64,000 nt of DNA from Naegleria gruberi. Its lineage: Eukaryota. Location of the stretch: NCBI GenBank assembly GCA_000004985.1, contig GG738851.1, one strand, 5' to 3'. Under the pieces are notes generated by a model. That model made no database searches, had not been told where the DNA came from, and saw nothing but the letters and a program-made list of their open reading frames with translations. A program made the position numbers and the translations under genes. This document shows, one piece after another, positions 42,612-54,047 of this stretch (the stretch's first letter is position 1; each line of letters opens with the position of its first letter).

Positions 42612-45108
42612 AATGAGCAGCAGCACCACTAGTAAGGGAACAACTAAAAGGTTTTCTTCTACAAGCAGCCAGAAGGCTTCTTCAGGAGCATTGGCAACAG
42701 CTGGTAGTGGTGCAAGACCAGGCTCTCAACAAGTGGGAAGTTCAAAGAAGAGAATTCCTTCATCATCTGGTAGTACAAGCTCAACTAAAAGTAAGAGGAA
42801 ATTATCTAGTGGTTCAACTCCTTCCAGGGATAATAAAACACAAAATTATTCCTTCTCAGATCAGGGAATGTATAGTACAGTCTCCCTTAAAAACGAGAAG
42901 GCTGTACTATTAAATGATGAGGAAATGATTAGCGAGTTTGAAAAACAAAAAAGAAGGTAAGGATTTGCATTGATGAGCAATGAGCTTATATATATGAAAA
43001 GATTGGAACGATTGGCTTTTGTGATGAAGTTACCTTTCATTGATGTAGAATACTTTTTTAATGCATACGGAAGTGAATACAATATATATAATCTTCATCA
43101 ACTTTCAATGGTTGTAGACCTTTTGGAAAATCACAAGTTAAAAACAATACAAGTAACGGAAGCCATTTGGGAAAGAGAGGATGTTCTTGACAAGCTTCAT
43201 TGTCTTGTTGAGGAATATAATGCTGTAAAGGATTCAAATCCTGGTTTAATTCTTGTAGCACAAAAGGAAGCACTCATACTGCAAAAAGATATTCAGAAAA
43301 AGGGGTTGAAGATTGTTGAACTAATTGACAAGTGGAGGAAAGACCTTAGTCTTGATTATCCTTTTAGGTTTATGGAATATACTAATTATCTTATCAAAAT
43401 GAGATATGATTTGGAATTTGTTGATAATAGCGACCTCTCTCATTACATTTTCCCTTTCAGAGGTCATCCATTACTTGCAAATGTTCCAAGTCTGTATTAT
43501 GAAAATATTGAAAAGTTGTTAGAGGTTCCTGATAAGAAGAATCCATCACTTTCAGCAACTGTAACATATCCACTCACTAAAAAGAAGTTAAAACTTGCTG
43601 ATAAGGCAATGAATGCAGAAAGAAAGTTAAACAAGTACGAGGCTATTATTTTGAGAGAGGAAGATAATGAAAGGACGATCAAACAATTCTTATTTACTCT
43701 CATCAAAAAAGGAAAATTTATTACAGTACTGAATGTTTCAGAAGGAGAATTTGAACTCACTCCTGAACAGCAGCAAAAGATTAAGGGAATTTTCAACCAG
43801 AGCCCAGAATATGTCATTTCCTATTTCAATCTTCATGCAAGAGTAAATCTTGAACCTCAATTTCCAGAGAAGAAACCAGAGCCATCGACACCTAAATCAT
43901 CAGAAAAAACAATCCAAAACGATGTTGTTATAATAGGGAGTGTCATTGCTCCAACTCCTAAAGCAGTTTCAAATGGCCAAGTTTTCCTTACAGAGGAGGA
44001 AGATGATGAGCTAGATGATGAGAACAGACTCGGAATTAACAATGAAAAGGGGTATGCATCCGACATTACAGACGATATTGAATTTGAAATTATTGAAAAG
44101 AAACAGGATCAAAATAATTCTAAAAATTATGATGGATCAGGGGAAGAAACAGAAGAAGAAAATGCTTACAAGAAACAAACTGTCTTGAAAGAATATCATA
44201 CTGAATTGGAAGCAACTCACCAACATCATGAACCATTGGAAAATCAAAATCCTTTATCTCTTAATGATTCACTCGATGAAAAGAAATTCCAAAACCCATA
44301 CCAACATGATGAAAATCGAGATGAAGAAGAGGAAGAAAACGAAGAAGAGGAAAGGGAGGAAAACACATTTGGATACTCCAATCCTTACGAGGATGAGGAA
44401 CCACACAAATACCAACATGAAGGAGAGGTTCATGAAGGAGATAAGCGTGATGAAGAAGGTAATGATTTTTCGCGTGTTTATGGTCTAGATAACATTGAGG
44501 CACCGAACGAAAATCATACAAATGAAGATCTCAACATTGTGGATAATGTACATTTGGAAACAGAATATCCTGAGAATCATGAAGTTGTTCATGCTACATC
44601 CGTGGAAACTCCAATACTTGGTGATATAATGGAACCAAATCTAGAGGTTTGTCCTCCTTCCCCTAAATACCATGAAGAACCAACCCAAATTCATGATGAA
44701 TTATCTCACAAAGAACCTGAAAACCATTCGACGGTTCCTCCATTGTCAACTAATCTTGAAGAACCATCAAATGAAACTGCCGAGGATTCATATAATGTAA
44801 ATTCATTCGAAACACCAAGAGATTTTGATAACTTTTCCAATCCTTACGGGGATGAGGAAGATTCGCAAAAACAGAGCTCTGGATCAATTCATCTCAGTAC
44901 ACCTGTTTTAAAGGGTGATTTACATATAGGTACACCCCTTATGCAGGCCAATATTCATTTTGGAGATCCATTAGTAGTAGCTGCTGGTAGCTCTAAAGAT
45001 AAGGATAGTAAGAAATCAAAACACAAACGAAGTGGGTCGAATTCTAGCAGTAGTAGTAGTAGTTCTGGATCCGATTTCTCAGATTTTGGATCTGATTTTT
45101 CTGATTAA
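42612..45108 (+). CDS. Hypothetical protein with Ser-rich N-terminus and acidic C-terminal region; 2 exons
   Basis: Exon 1 (MSSSTTSKG... to ..EFEKQKR) ends at a GTAAGG donor (~42957). A ~45-nt intron ends at ..TGAAAAG (~43001). Exon 2 is LERLAFVMKLPF... through the SSSSSS C-terminus. This region is noticeably less AT-rich than its neighbours. Confidence 0.55.
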
Positions 45109-45423
45109 ATAAACAATGCAATCATTCTCATGAATAAGGTGGAATTGTTCTTTTAATAATCAACCGTTCCTTTTTATTCCCCAATTGATTGAATGCTTTT
45201 TGCTTGTAGTCTTGTTGCCATAAAGGTAGAATTACAAAGAATGAACAAGTTCAAACAATTTGCGGCAAGAAACAAAGTAGGAACAACACATCAAAAAAGT
45301 TCCTGTTGAACTATTTTCTAAAAATACTTGAATTGTTATTTTACAGTTAAATAGTTGAAGATTGAAAAATCTTTTTTCAATGGAAATTCAAACAAAACAA
45401 CAAGAAAAAACAACTTAACAATC

Positions 45424-45885
45424 ATGCAATTATTCGTCAAGACACTCACTGGTAAAACCATCACATTGGAAGTTGAATCTAATGATTCAATTGAAAATGT
45501 TAAAAGAAAGGTTCAAGATAAGGAAGGAATTCCACCAGAACAACAAAGACTCATCTATGCCGGTAAACAATTGGAAGATGGCAGAACTATTAATGATTAT
45601 AACATTCAAAAAGACTCCACACTTCATTTGGTATTGAGATTGCGAGGAGGAATGCAACTTTTTGTAAAAACATTGACAGGAAACACAATTACTATTGAAA
45701 TGGAATCAAATGATACTGTTGAGAATATGAAACAAAAGATATTTGATAAGGAAGGTATCCCTTCAGATCAACAACGATTGATTTATGCAGGAAAACAATT
45801 GGAAGATGGAAGAACTATTAGTGATTACAATCTTCAAAAGGATTCAACTGTGCATTTAGTATTGAGATTAAGAGGAGGTTGTTAA
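45424..45885 (+). CDS. Divergent di-ubiquitin (two ubiquitin-like repeats, C-terminal GG followed by an extra Cys)
   Basis: Repeat 1 is [76 protein letters not shown], about 10 substitutions from ubiquitin. Repeat 2 is more divergent (K11N, I44?, etc.). The ORF-track start at 45355 is probably UTR. Confidence 0.8.
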   Translation: MQLFVKTLTGKTITLEVESNDSIENVKRKVQDKEGIPPEQQRLIYAGKQLEDGRTINDYNIQKDSTLHLVLRLRGGMQLFVKTLTGNTITIEMESNDTVENMKQKIFDKEGIPSDQQRLIYAGKQLEDGRTISDYNLQKDSTVHLVLRLRGGC

Positions 45886-46045
45886 ATAATAAGAATGCAA
45901 AATCGAAACGATGTAATAATATTGTAAATAAAACCAGAATCAATTTCGATTTGACATAAAATATCAAACCAAAATTTGATGTACATTTTAGTATTATTTC
46001 AATAAACATATTTCTAACTCCAATGTTTGACTTATTTTTCTTCAA

Positions 46046-48274
46046 TTATCTTTTCTTTACAGGGGGAAAATTTGGAGGAAGAGGATATTCAATTACAGAG
46101 CCAATATTTACAAACTTGAATGGCGTTCCTAGAACTGCCTGGTTACTTGTTGTTTTCTTTGGTTGAACAGTTGCAGTAGTAGTAGTGGTACTATTGGTTG
46201 GATTCTCACTTATTGCACAACATTTTCCATTAACATGATGATACTCGCTCGTTTTGTAAAATCTTCCTCTACAAAAGGAAAAGTAAATGTCCTTTGTAAA
46301 TTTTTCATTTCCAAGAATTTGATAGAGTTGGAGATTATCCAATTCATCGTCTGAATAACCTCTATCTCTTAAATCAATACCAGTTTGATTGGCTGCTTCT
46401 CTCATAGATGTAGTGAGTAATTTTTCCCACAAGAGTTGACTAAAATTCTCTTGCAAATGACTGAAAATACATTCCCCTAATACTTTTCTATCTGCAGAAA
46501 GTTTGTAATTATTTAACATTTTCATTGCCGTTGAATTATTTGGTGATGAGGAGGTTGAATTTTCAACAACTGGACTTGAGATTACAACAACTGGTTCAGT
46601 TTCCAAGTCAATGCTCTTCATTCCTTCATGATAGAGTTTACGCAAGGTACCTGTGGTGTCGCTTTGAATGAGAATTGATGCAATTCTCTTCATTTCTCTT
46701 TCACTGCCACAAATGAAATGTCTAGTGCTGATAGATGCTGCACAATTTTCTGTAAAATCGTTTCGTTTCTTTGTATTCATATCTTTAATGTATCCATCTT
46801 TAACTTTTCTAGAGTAGAATGTTGGTGCCTGGTTCACTTGAAGAACAAGCAAACAGAGCTCTTCATTGAATACTCTTTGATCTACTGAACATTTTTGTAA
46901 ATGTATTCCTGTAATTGAAGAATAATCAATTTCCATACTGAGTATTGTACTATTTTTCAATCTTTCAATCTCATTCTCTAAATATTGAGAACATGAATTG
47001 GTAGAAGCAATTGCTTTGGTAAGAATGGAAAGGTATTTGTCTCTCTCCTCCTCATCATGGAAATTATTGTGATAAGAAGGTAAGAAGGTAAAGAATCTAT
47101 AGTAAATCTTTCTGAAAAGTGGTGAAATTTTGATTCTAAATTGACCATCATAACAAGGACAAGGAGACCATGAACCAATGAGTAATCTTCTAATAGTAGC
47201 TCCTTCTGTCTTGTATTCTCTATACTTCTCCCTATCGTGACCATTGGAAAAATTGATATTATTTTCTGGATCGTTTGAGTCAAAGTCATAATCCTCTGAA
47301 TCCAAATTATTGGTATCAAAACTTTCACAAAATGGAATGTCAGATTCCTCTTCAAAATCTTTCTTTCTCCTCTTTTTTGAATTTATCACAAACTTGGCAC
47401 ATCTAACAAGTTCTTTATCCTCAAGAATATCTTCCTTAACATCTTGTTTCTCCTTTGGAATAAATCTCATTGTAATTATTTTCTTTAAATATTCAACACT
47501 TGGACAAATTTTGAAATCTGACTCACCATAGAATGAATAAGTTTCTGGTCTAATGTTGGATCTCGGATTATCACCCTGTCTTCTTAACCTTTGAAGAACG
47601 AGTAATCTTCTGGTATCTTGTCCAAGTGGATTTAAAACATTAATCATTAAGGAATAGTAAATGGTACTCTCTTCACAAACAGAGTCATAGGCCAATAATC
47701 TAATCTTTGATTGTAAAATACTCATAAATGTATTATTGTCAATGAGATTGTCGTAATATCCAGTTGGAAAATCACTTTTGAAAAACTTGTTCCAATCCAT
47801 AGGTTCTCCAATTGGATATTCTCCACTATCATCACGTTTCTTCTTTTCAACAAGTCCTTTTTCTTCCCGTTCTTGAAATTCTACCAGACCATGCACCATC
47901 TTATCATAAACAGGATCTAAATCATCATCATCATCCTTTACTTTCTTATTCCTTTTCAAACCTTCATTACTTGATTCTCCTTTTTCTTCCGAATAGACTT
48001 TCATCATGGTTACCAACATTTGTTGTAAATATTCGGGTGGCATTTCACTGAGTGTACTTGAAAGCCATTCAGTTTGTTGTTGAGTGGGTCCACCCTCTTG
48101 AAAATCATACATATAGGAAGGAATTGATTCATCCTTTATTTCTTGTTGTGAATCATATGATGATGATGATTGTTGTTGTTGTGTGGAGGAAGAGGCAGAT
48201 GTTTTTTTTTGTTTTTGCTGCTGTTTCTTGTTTTTGCCCATTTTTTTTAAATTTATTTTGTATAACGATAACAT
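46046..48274 (-). CDS. Hypothetical 742-aa protein (Gln/Ser-rich N-terminus, conserved-looking Cys/His-containing core)
   Basis: Long clean ORF. No domain assignable by eye. Confidence 0.6.
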   Translation of the reverse strand: MLSLYKINLKKMGKNKKQQQKQKKTSASSSTQQQQSSSSYDSQQEIKDESIPSYMYDFQEGGPTQQQTEWLSSTLSEMPPEYLQQMLVTMMKVYSEEKGESSNEGLKRNKKVKDDDDDLDPVYDKMVHGLVEFQEREEKGLVEKKKRDDSGEYPIGEPMDWNKFFKSDFPTGYYDNLIDNNTFMSILQSKIRLLAYDSVCEESTIYYSLMINVLNPLGQDTRRLLVLQRLRRQGDNPRSNIRPETYSFYGESDFKICPSVEYLKKIITMRFIPKEKQDVKEDILEDKELVRCAKFVINSKKRRKKDFEEESDIPFCESFDTNNLDSEDYDFDSNDPENNINFSNGHDREKYREYKTEGATIRRLLIGSWSPCPCYDGQFRIKISPLFRKIYYRFFTFLPSYHNNFHDEEERDKYLSILTKAIASTNSCSQYLENEIERLKNSTILSMEIDYSSITGIHLQKCSVDQRVFNEELCLLVLQVNQAPTFYSRKVKDGYIKDMNTKKRNDFTENCAASISTRHFICGSEREMKRIASILIQSDTTGTLRKLYHEGMKSIDLETEPVVVISSPVVENSTSSSPNNSTAMKMLNNYKLSADRKVLGECIFSHLQENFSQLLWEKLLTTSMREAANQTGIDLRDRGYSDDELDNLQLYQILGNEKFTKDIYFSFCRGRFYKTSEYHHVNGKCCAISENPTNSTTTTTATVQPKKTTSNQAVLGTPFKFVNIGSVIEYPLPPNFPPVKKR

Positions 48275-48360
48275 TGGATATTTAATGTTAAATATTGATT
48301 TAAATATTTAATTTTAAATAGTATTACAATAAAATTTAAATATATTTAAAAAAAAATAGA

Positions 48361-48819
48361 ATGGTCAGAATTACAGATGCAACCACAAAGGAGATTATGA
48401 GGGATACTAGACTGGAGAGCCTAATTAAAAAATTAGTACAGGAAGTATTCAGATTTGGTTTTTCATTTGCCACTGGAGCCTTTGGTTGTTTTCTCATACA
48501 ATTCGGAGTAAGAAGGCTTGTTATGATGAATAATACAACAATAACAACAATTGAAAATATGGAACAATATGAAGAATTATCATCACCATCAAATAATACA
48601 AATAATAGTAATAATAGTAATCATAATAATATAAATAATAATAATACTACTAGATGTAAAATTATGAAATGGTTGATGAAATTATTATACAATAATATTA
48701 AAATTATTTCAAAATTAATGAATGGAGGAATTATTGGAGTGGGGTTGTGGATTGTTTGTCAACCTTTGATTGTGGAAATGAGAAATTTAAATCAAAATGT
48801 TATTTATTATGTTAATTAA
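48361..48819 (+). CDS. Small two-TM hypothetical membrane protein with Asn-rich loop
   Basis: Hydrophobic Gly-rich segments GFSFATGAFGCFLIQFG and GGIIGVGLWIVCQPLIV. Confidence 0.4.
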   Translation: MVRITDATTKEIMRDTRLESLIKKLVQEVFRFGFSFATGAFGCFLIQFGVRRLVMMNNTTITTIENMEQYEELSSPSNNTNNSNNSNHNNINNNNTTRCKIMKWLMKLLYNNIKIISKLMNGGIIGVGLWIVCQPLIVEMRNLNQNVIYYVN

Positions 48820-48939
48820 TAAGCTTCTATCAAATACTAACCAAAAAGTGAATAATTATCATTTTGTGGAGATTTAAATCAAGAATTTCTAATCTCTGCA
48901 AACTCTAATTGACAAAACCAATTACTTTAATGAAAAAAA

Positions 48940-49752
48940 ATGCAAATTGATGAAAATAACCTCCATCTCAAAGATGCACTCGTGATATACTCTGAAAAAG
49001 GTGGAATTAATAGAATTATGGAAAAGCTAAACCGATTCTTCAATAATTATGATCAGAGTAGATCATTATTTCGGAAATTGGACACCGTTCAAGAGCAGGT
49101 ATTGAATGAGAAGAATCTTATGGATTATTTAAACAATTATCAAATTATTTTCATCAGTTTATTTGCAGGATATAACAATTCTATATGGAAAAGAGAAATG
49201 CTGATTAATTTATGGTATTTGGTAAAGAGAGGGAAATTAATGGTTGTCTTCTTGAGATCAAGTTTATCAAAAGTAGCCATAGAATTGGAAGTGTCGAGGG
49301 ATAATCTAAAGAATATTGTTTGGAAATTATTTGATTTTATGGAAGGAGAGAAGATTATGTTACAACGTGAAAATATTATAAAGCTTAAAAGTAGCAGTTT
49401 GGATACGTTTCTAGAATCCTTTGAAAACAAAGAGGATGATAATCTAAACATTGTTTCACTTTCAGATCCTTATGTATGTGGAATTGATAAATCACATTTG
49501 GTCAACCCAAATGATTGGATTTTTTTAGGAAAACAAATTGAAGGAGAGAAAGTTTGTTGGATGATTCACAAGTCAAAAAAGATCATGTTCATTCCATTTT
49601 ATGGATGTTCTAATGGAAATGAAAATCAAACCAATTTAATATTTAGTGCTTTGAAATATCTAATGTTTGAACATTTGGAAATTTCACTTTTGCAAAGAAA
49701 TTTAAATGCCAATCGGAAAATATTATCAGATATACTCATTAATTTGCACTAA
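48940..49752 (+). CDS. Hypothetical protein (270 aa)
   Basis: ORF with moderately complex composition. No motif recognised. Confidence 0.45.
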   Translation: MQIDENNLHLKDALVIYSEKGGINRIMEKLNRFFNNYDQSRSLFRKLDTVQEQVLNEKNLMDYLNNYQIIFISLFAGYNNSIWKREMLINLWYLVKRGKLMVVFLRSSLSKVAIELEVSRDNLKNIVWKLFDFMEGEKIMLQRENIIKLKSSSLDTFLESFENKEDDNLNIVSLSDPYVCGIDKSHLVNPNDWIFLGKQIEGEKVCWMIHKSKKIMFIPFYGCSNGNENQTNLIFSALKYLMFEHLEISLLQRNLNANRKILSDILINLH

Positions 49753-50058
49753 AGTTGTAAGATTTGATAGTGTTAAATCACTTCGAATATTTGTAATACA
49801 AGAAATATTTAAATCTACCCAAACTCTCTTTTTCACTCAGTCAAATATCATTAACGGTCCAATTTACCTCTATCACCTAAATAATGAACAGGTCAATTTC
49901 ATATTAACTTGTTTGCAACCTGGAGCATCAACTCAATTATATTTGGATTTGCAAAGTTCCAAGATTATTTTTTTGTAAAGAGTTCATTTAACGTTGTTGG
50001 GAGTGAACAATCAGAACTACATTATTAAAATATTAATCTACATGAGAAACACAAACTA

Positions 50059-50355
50059 ATGAATAAAAGGTTTAGCATTGCGATGAGAAAATTAAACAAT
50101 AACAAGAATAAAAAAAGAATGCAAATACAAGTGAGAACTCTCTCAGGTGGTGCTACCAAGTTTGATGTAGAAGTTTCCGATAAGCTCATCTATTTGAAGA
50201 AGCTTATTCAGGAAAAGATTGGAGTTACCATTCCACAACAAAGATTAGTTATGAATGGAAAAATTCTTCCTGATGATTCATCTGTGAATGATGTAGGATT
50301 GAAGAGTGGTGATATAATTCAACTCATTCTCCAATTGAAAGGAGGTTCTTTGTAA
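50059..50355 (+). CDS. Small ubiquitin-like domain protein ending ..LKGGSL
   Basis: Core MQIQVRTLSGGATKFDVEVSDKLIYLKKLIQEKIGVTIPQQRLVMNGKILPDDSSVNDVGLKSGDIIQLILQLKGG has a beta-grasp ubiquitin pattern. The likely true start is the ATG at ~50119. Confidence 0.6.
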   Translation: MNKRFSIAMRKLNNNKNKKRMQIQVRTLSGGATKFDVEVSDKLIYLKKLIQEKIGVTIPQQRLVMNGKILPDDSSVNDVGLKSGDIIQLILQLKGGSL

Positions 50356-50913
50356 ACAAATGAAACAAAATGAAATATTGGAATACTAGGTTATCTTTAT
50401 CTCAGATTTTGTCAAAACAAAAGCTTCAATAAATAACAAGTTATCTTCAATTTAGTTTTGGCTTTTAAAAACGCAAAATTATATAACCTCTATCAACCAG
50501 GGCTCCATCCATTTTTTCAAATATTGGAAACCAATCAATACAGAAAGTCCAATATTTTCTATAAAGATTCTCCCAAGTATCCCAGTGGAAATGCCAATTG
50601 AAAAGGAAGTTTTAAGTGAACTACCTAATGTTGGTAAAACACTCTTTATGCTTAGAGTGTATGGACATTCTCTGATTTGAATAGACAACTCTATCTGTCC
50701 CATTTCAGAATCAGTTACTGAAGTTTTGATGATCAAATTGTGGTCAAAACGAACACTTGGTACCCATCAGAAGAAGAAATACCAAATAGCCACTATTTTC
50801 ACTTTATCTTGTTCATCATTGTGTTTTGTCATCATGTAAAATTACTTGATTCAAAAAACAATAATGTGTTGGATTTCGAAATCAATTCCCTATCCAAGCA
50901 AGTGAGGATAAAA

Positions 50914-52157
50914 TTAATTTATGAAAGAGATATCTGAAAAGTTTTGGATTCTTTCTTTCAAATTATTGATGAAATAGTCGAGGCCTTTGGTGGATTTTAG
51001 CTTTCTAATTTCAATGAGGTATAGTTCAGTATTTTCAAGAATTAAGAGGGTGTCCTCATTGATTTCACAAATGAACTTGGCATCCAATTTTTCAAATGTT
51101 GATTCTAGTTTTTTCGGTACCTTATATTTGATGCGTTCTCCTTCTTCTTCGTCGTATTCATAAATAGTTGTTCCCCCATTGTAATACAGTATGAGGAAAT
51201 TATTATAGTTTGGAATACCTCTGTATTTACCTCTCAAAGTAATGCACCTTGAATGGAAAGTATGTCCATCTGAGTGAATCAAATTTCTAACTGAATTTTC
51301 CCACTTGTTTCTATTAAAATCAAAGTGATACATATCAGTAACGTATTTGGACATAGTATAACCACCAAATATTGTCAAATAATCCTTAGAAGCGTCAGTA
51401 TTCAGAGAAAGAACTGTCAAGGATGGAATATCATGTGAATAGTTCAAAAGTTGCCATTCATTAGTTTCCAAATCCAACTCATAAAAATCCTTCAAATAAT
51501 CTCCATGATATCCTCCAAAAACATAGAACTTTCCTCTAGAAGGAGCATAACAACCAGAACATCCACACCTAGGTGTAGGAGCAGTTCCTGTTGTTTCAAT
51601 TTCAGTCCATTCCCTAGAAGCCAAATCAAATTTCCAAAAATCATTCAAATATGTATTTCCAAATCCTCCAAACAAGTAGACACATTGATTTTGTTTATCA
51701 TAGGACAAACAAGGAAATTCTCTTGCTGGTGGCCTTTCATCAACTCTTATTTCCTCCCATTTCAGTTGTAATGTATTTTCAGTGTCCAAGTCATTTGTTG
51801 ACAAGTCACGTAGTTGTCTATCAGTAAATGATGAAATAATATTAGAAAGTTTCAAAAATTGAACATGCTCTAAAAAATCACCACCTCCCGAAATTGATCC
51901 TGAATATATATAATCATTATAGAAATAATATTAATCAATTTAAATTCATGTGATTATTATTTAAACAAACCTCCGAAAACAAACAATGTTGGACAATGTG
52001 TTAATACATTTTCAGATCCAAGAAAAACAGGATGATAATTATCTTGTACTATTAAATTGTGTTGAAAGGAGGAATACCATGTTGTTTCAAACAATTTTTC
52101 TTTTGGGGATGGTTTAGTAATGCTGGTAGCAATTTTCTTGTTCTTTTTCCTTCCCAT
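50914..52157 (-). CDS. Kelch-repeat protein; 2 exons
   Basis: Exon 1 (52157..~51970) ends ..PTLFVFGG at a GTTTGT donor. A ~67-nt intron follows. Exon 2 continues SISGGGDF.. and carries Kelch motifs (YLFGGFGNTYLNDFWKFD, FYVFGGYHGDYLKDFYELD, LTIFGGYT). Confidence 0.7.
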
Positions 52158-52518
52158 TTTTTTTTGTAAATTCGATGAAATTTACAACCCATGAACTTGG
52201 GTGATTTTCAGAATAGTTTCACAGTTCTATAACATTAGAAACACTTGGATATGCTAATATTTATGATAGAGTTTATCAAAAAGTGGATATTATATTACCA
52301 TTGATAATGGATTAGCTTTCAAAATTGGAGAATCTTATAGAATAAGGCAAATTATTGGTAGCTCATCAAGACAAAGAGATGGTTAGATTGGCAATTATCA
52401 ATTTAAATAAATTGACAGAATTTGATTTTTGGAAGATTGTAATGGCAACTTCTTGAATCATTAAACTAAGCTAAAATATAATCCCTATCCTTCAAAGCTC
52501 AATTTTAAAAATCTCATC

Positions 52519-53199
52519 TTAAAAGTATTGATCTTCCCACAATTTAATTGTAGAAATTTCCTCATAATAATCATAAAATTCTGAAAACCTTGATAAATGT
52601 CTTTCCCAATGTCTCTCATAGAACGTTTCGTGGTTTGCTATTTTGTGTCCCTCTGCATTCACTTCATAATATGAAGTTTCAACCTTTGCCTCCTTTCCTT
52701 GATTACTGATATTGAGAATTCTCTCAGTGTAATCTCTTATATCCAACATTGAATAAATTGAAGGACCTCTCTTAATGGACTTGCTTACATTTTGACTAAC
52801 ATTTACAAATACTGAATATTCATTATTGAGTGGTTCTTTTTTCTGAGCTATTACCAAATAAATGTAAATAAAATCAAGATACTCATTAGTGTTTCCTCCA
52901 AATTGAAGAGAAAAAACAGAATAGTTTGAATATGTGTTTGTGTCCTCTAATGAAAACCCTCTAGTATTGAGGGCTTTTGTAAAATTAATGAGATAACTTG
53001 CATGAAAACTATTTCCTGAATAAGGTGTGATTGATGGACTTGTTGCAACATGACCTGTTCGTACATAATGAATGATTCCATGATTAGAGACTAAATATAA
53101 ACAATCTGGAGTTGTTATGACAACTAGATCCATACCAACATGTTCCCATCCAGGAACAGAAAGAGAGCCTTCACAGTTATGAGTCGTATTAGTCATCAT
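52519..53199 (-). CDS. Hypothetical protein (226 aa); may be the C-terminal part of the upstream F-box gene
   Basis: ORF whose ATG overlaps the stop of the upstream ORF (TAATG). Confidence 0.45.
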   Translation of the reverse strand: MMTNTTHNCEGSLSVPGWEHVGMDLVVITTPDCLYLVSNHGIIHYVRTGHVATSPSITPYSGNSFHASYLINFTKALNTRGFSLEDTNTYSNYSVFSLQFGGNTNEYLDFIYIYLVIAQKKEPLNNEYSVFVNVSQNVSKSIKRGPSIYSMLDIRDYTERILNISNQGKEAKVETSYYEVNAEGHKIANHETFYERHWERHLSRFSEFYDYYEEISTIKLWEDQYF

Positions 53200-54047
53200 T
53201 AGACACTGTTCTTTGACAAGAATTCTCCTTTAAGATTATCACATACAAGGTATTTCTTCAAGTTGAAACCACCTGTAGTATACGCACAAAGAACATATAG
53301 ACAATAAATGTTAACATCTGGTTGTTTTGGATCAATATTCAACATTTTTCTATGTTCTGAACTCATTAATGGATGAAATGTGAGAGCCATGCTTGAAATT
53401 CTCACATTCTCTCCAATCCTGAACTCTTTCAATAAACACTCATTGTCAACTGAGGAATAGAAAGATATTGAGGAATTTTTTGTATCAGAAACTGCAACCA
53501 AAAATTGGCAACATGAAGCAATGGAACCTTGAAACATTTTTGGAATTGAATTGGCTTGAGATAACTTTCTAATTGCCATATGAGGATTTCGATTAGAAGC
53601 CACCAATGGACAATAACAACCCAATGTCATGTATCTCTTCTTGAATAATTTAGTACTAACAACCTTCTTTTTATGTTTCAATACTTTTCCAATAATTTCT
53701 CCACTCGAAAACAATTCACATTCAAATTGATTGTAAAGATTATAATAAGGAGCAGTTCCCATCCATTCAGAATATTGACCTGACAAATCCAAAACTTCTG
53801 CCATCCTATTCATATAAACAATCTTATCAACTATTTTGCAAAATGATGAATTATGAAGAGGTTGCAAATTCCTATTCCACTTTTTATCGGAGCTTTCTGC
53901 AAAGAATGTTCGATACCAATCTCTGCAGACGCGAGAACAAGATCCGTACAGTGTTTTTAGATCATCAATGTGATAGAAAATTATGAGAAGAGCGTATGGG
54001 TCAAGTTGAAGTGTTGTTGACATTTTTTTAAAGTTATTAAAGTTCAT
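53199..54047 (-). CDS. F-box-like domain protein
   Basis: N-terminus LDPYALLIIFYHIDDLKTLYGSCSRVCRDWYRTF (F-box-like). Confidence 0.5.
   Translation of the reverse strand: MNFNNFKKMSTTLQLDPYALLIIFYHIDDLKTLYGSCSRVCRDWYRTFFAESSDKKWNRNLQPLHNSSFCKIVDKIVYMNRMAEVLDLSGQYSEWMGTAPYYNLYNQFECELFSSGEIIGKVLKHKKKVVSTKLFKKRYMTLGCYCPLVASNRNPHMAIRKLSQANSIPKMFQGSIASCCQFLVAVSDTKNSSISFYSSVDNECLLKEFRIGENVRISSMALTFHPLMSSEHRKMLNIDPKQPDVNIYCLYVLCAYTTGGFNLKKYLVCDNLKGEFLSKNSV

Noticed and set aside
46163-48285. Small plus-strand ORFs (63-79 aa) overlapping the 742-aa minus-strand gene and its 5' end
   Set aside because: They are antisense to or overlap a long well-formed ORF. Their compositions are low-complexity.
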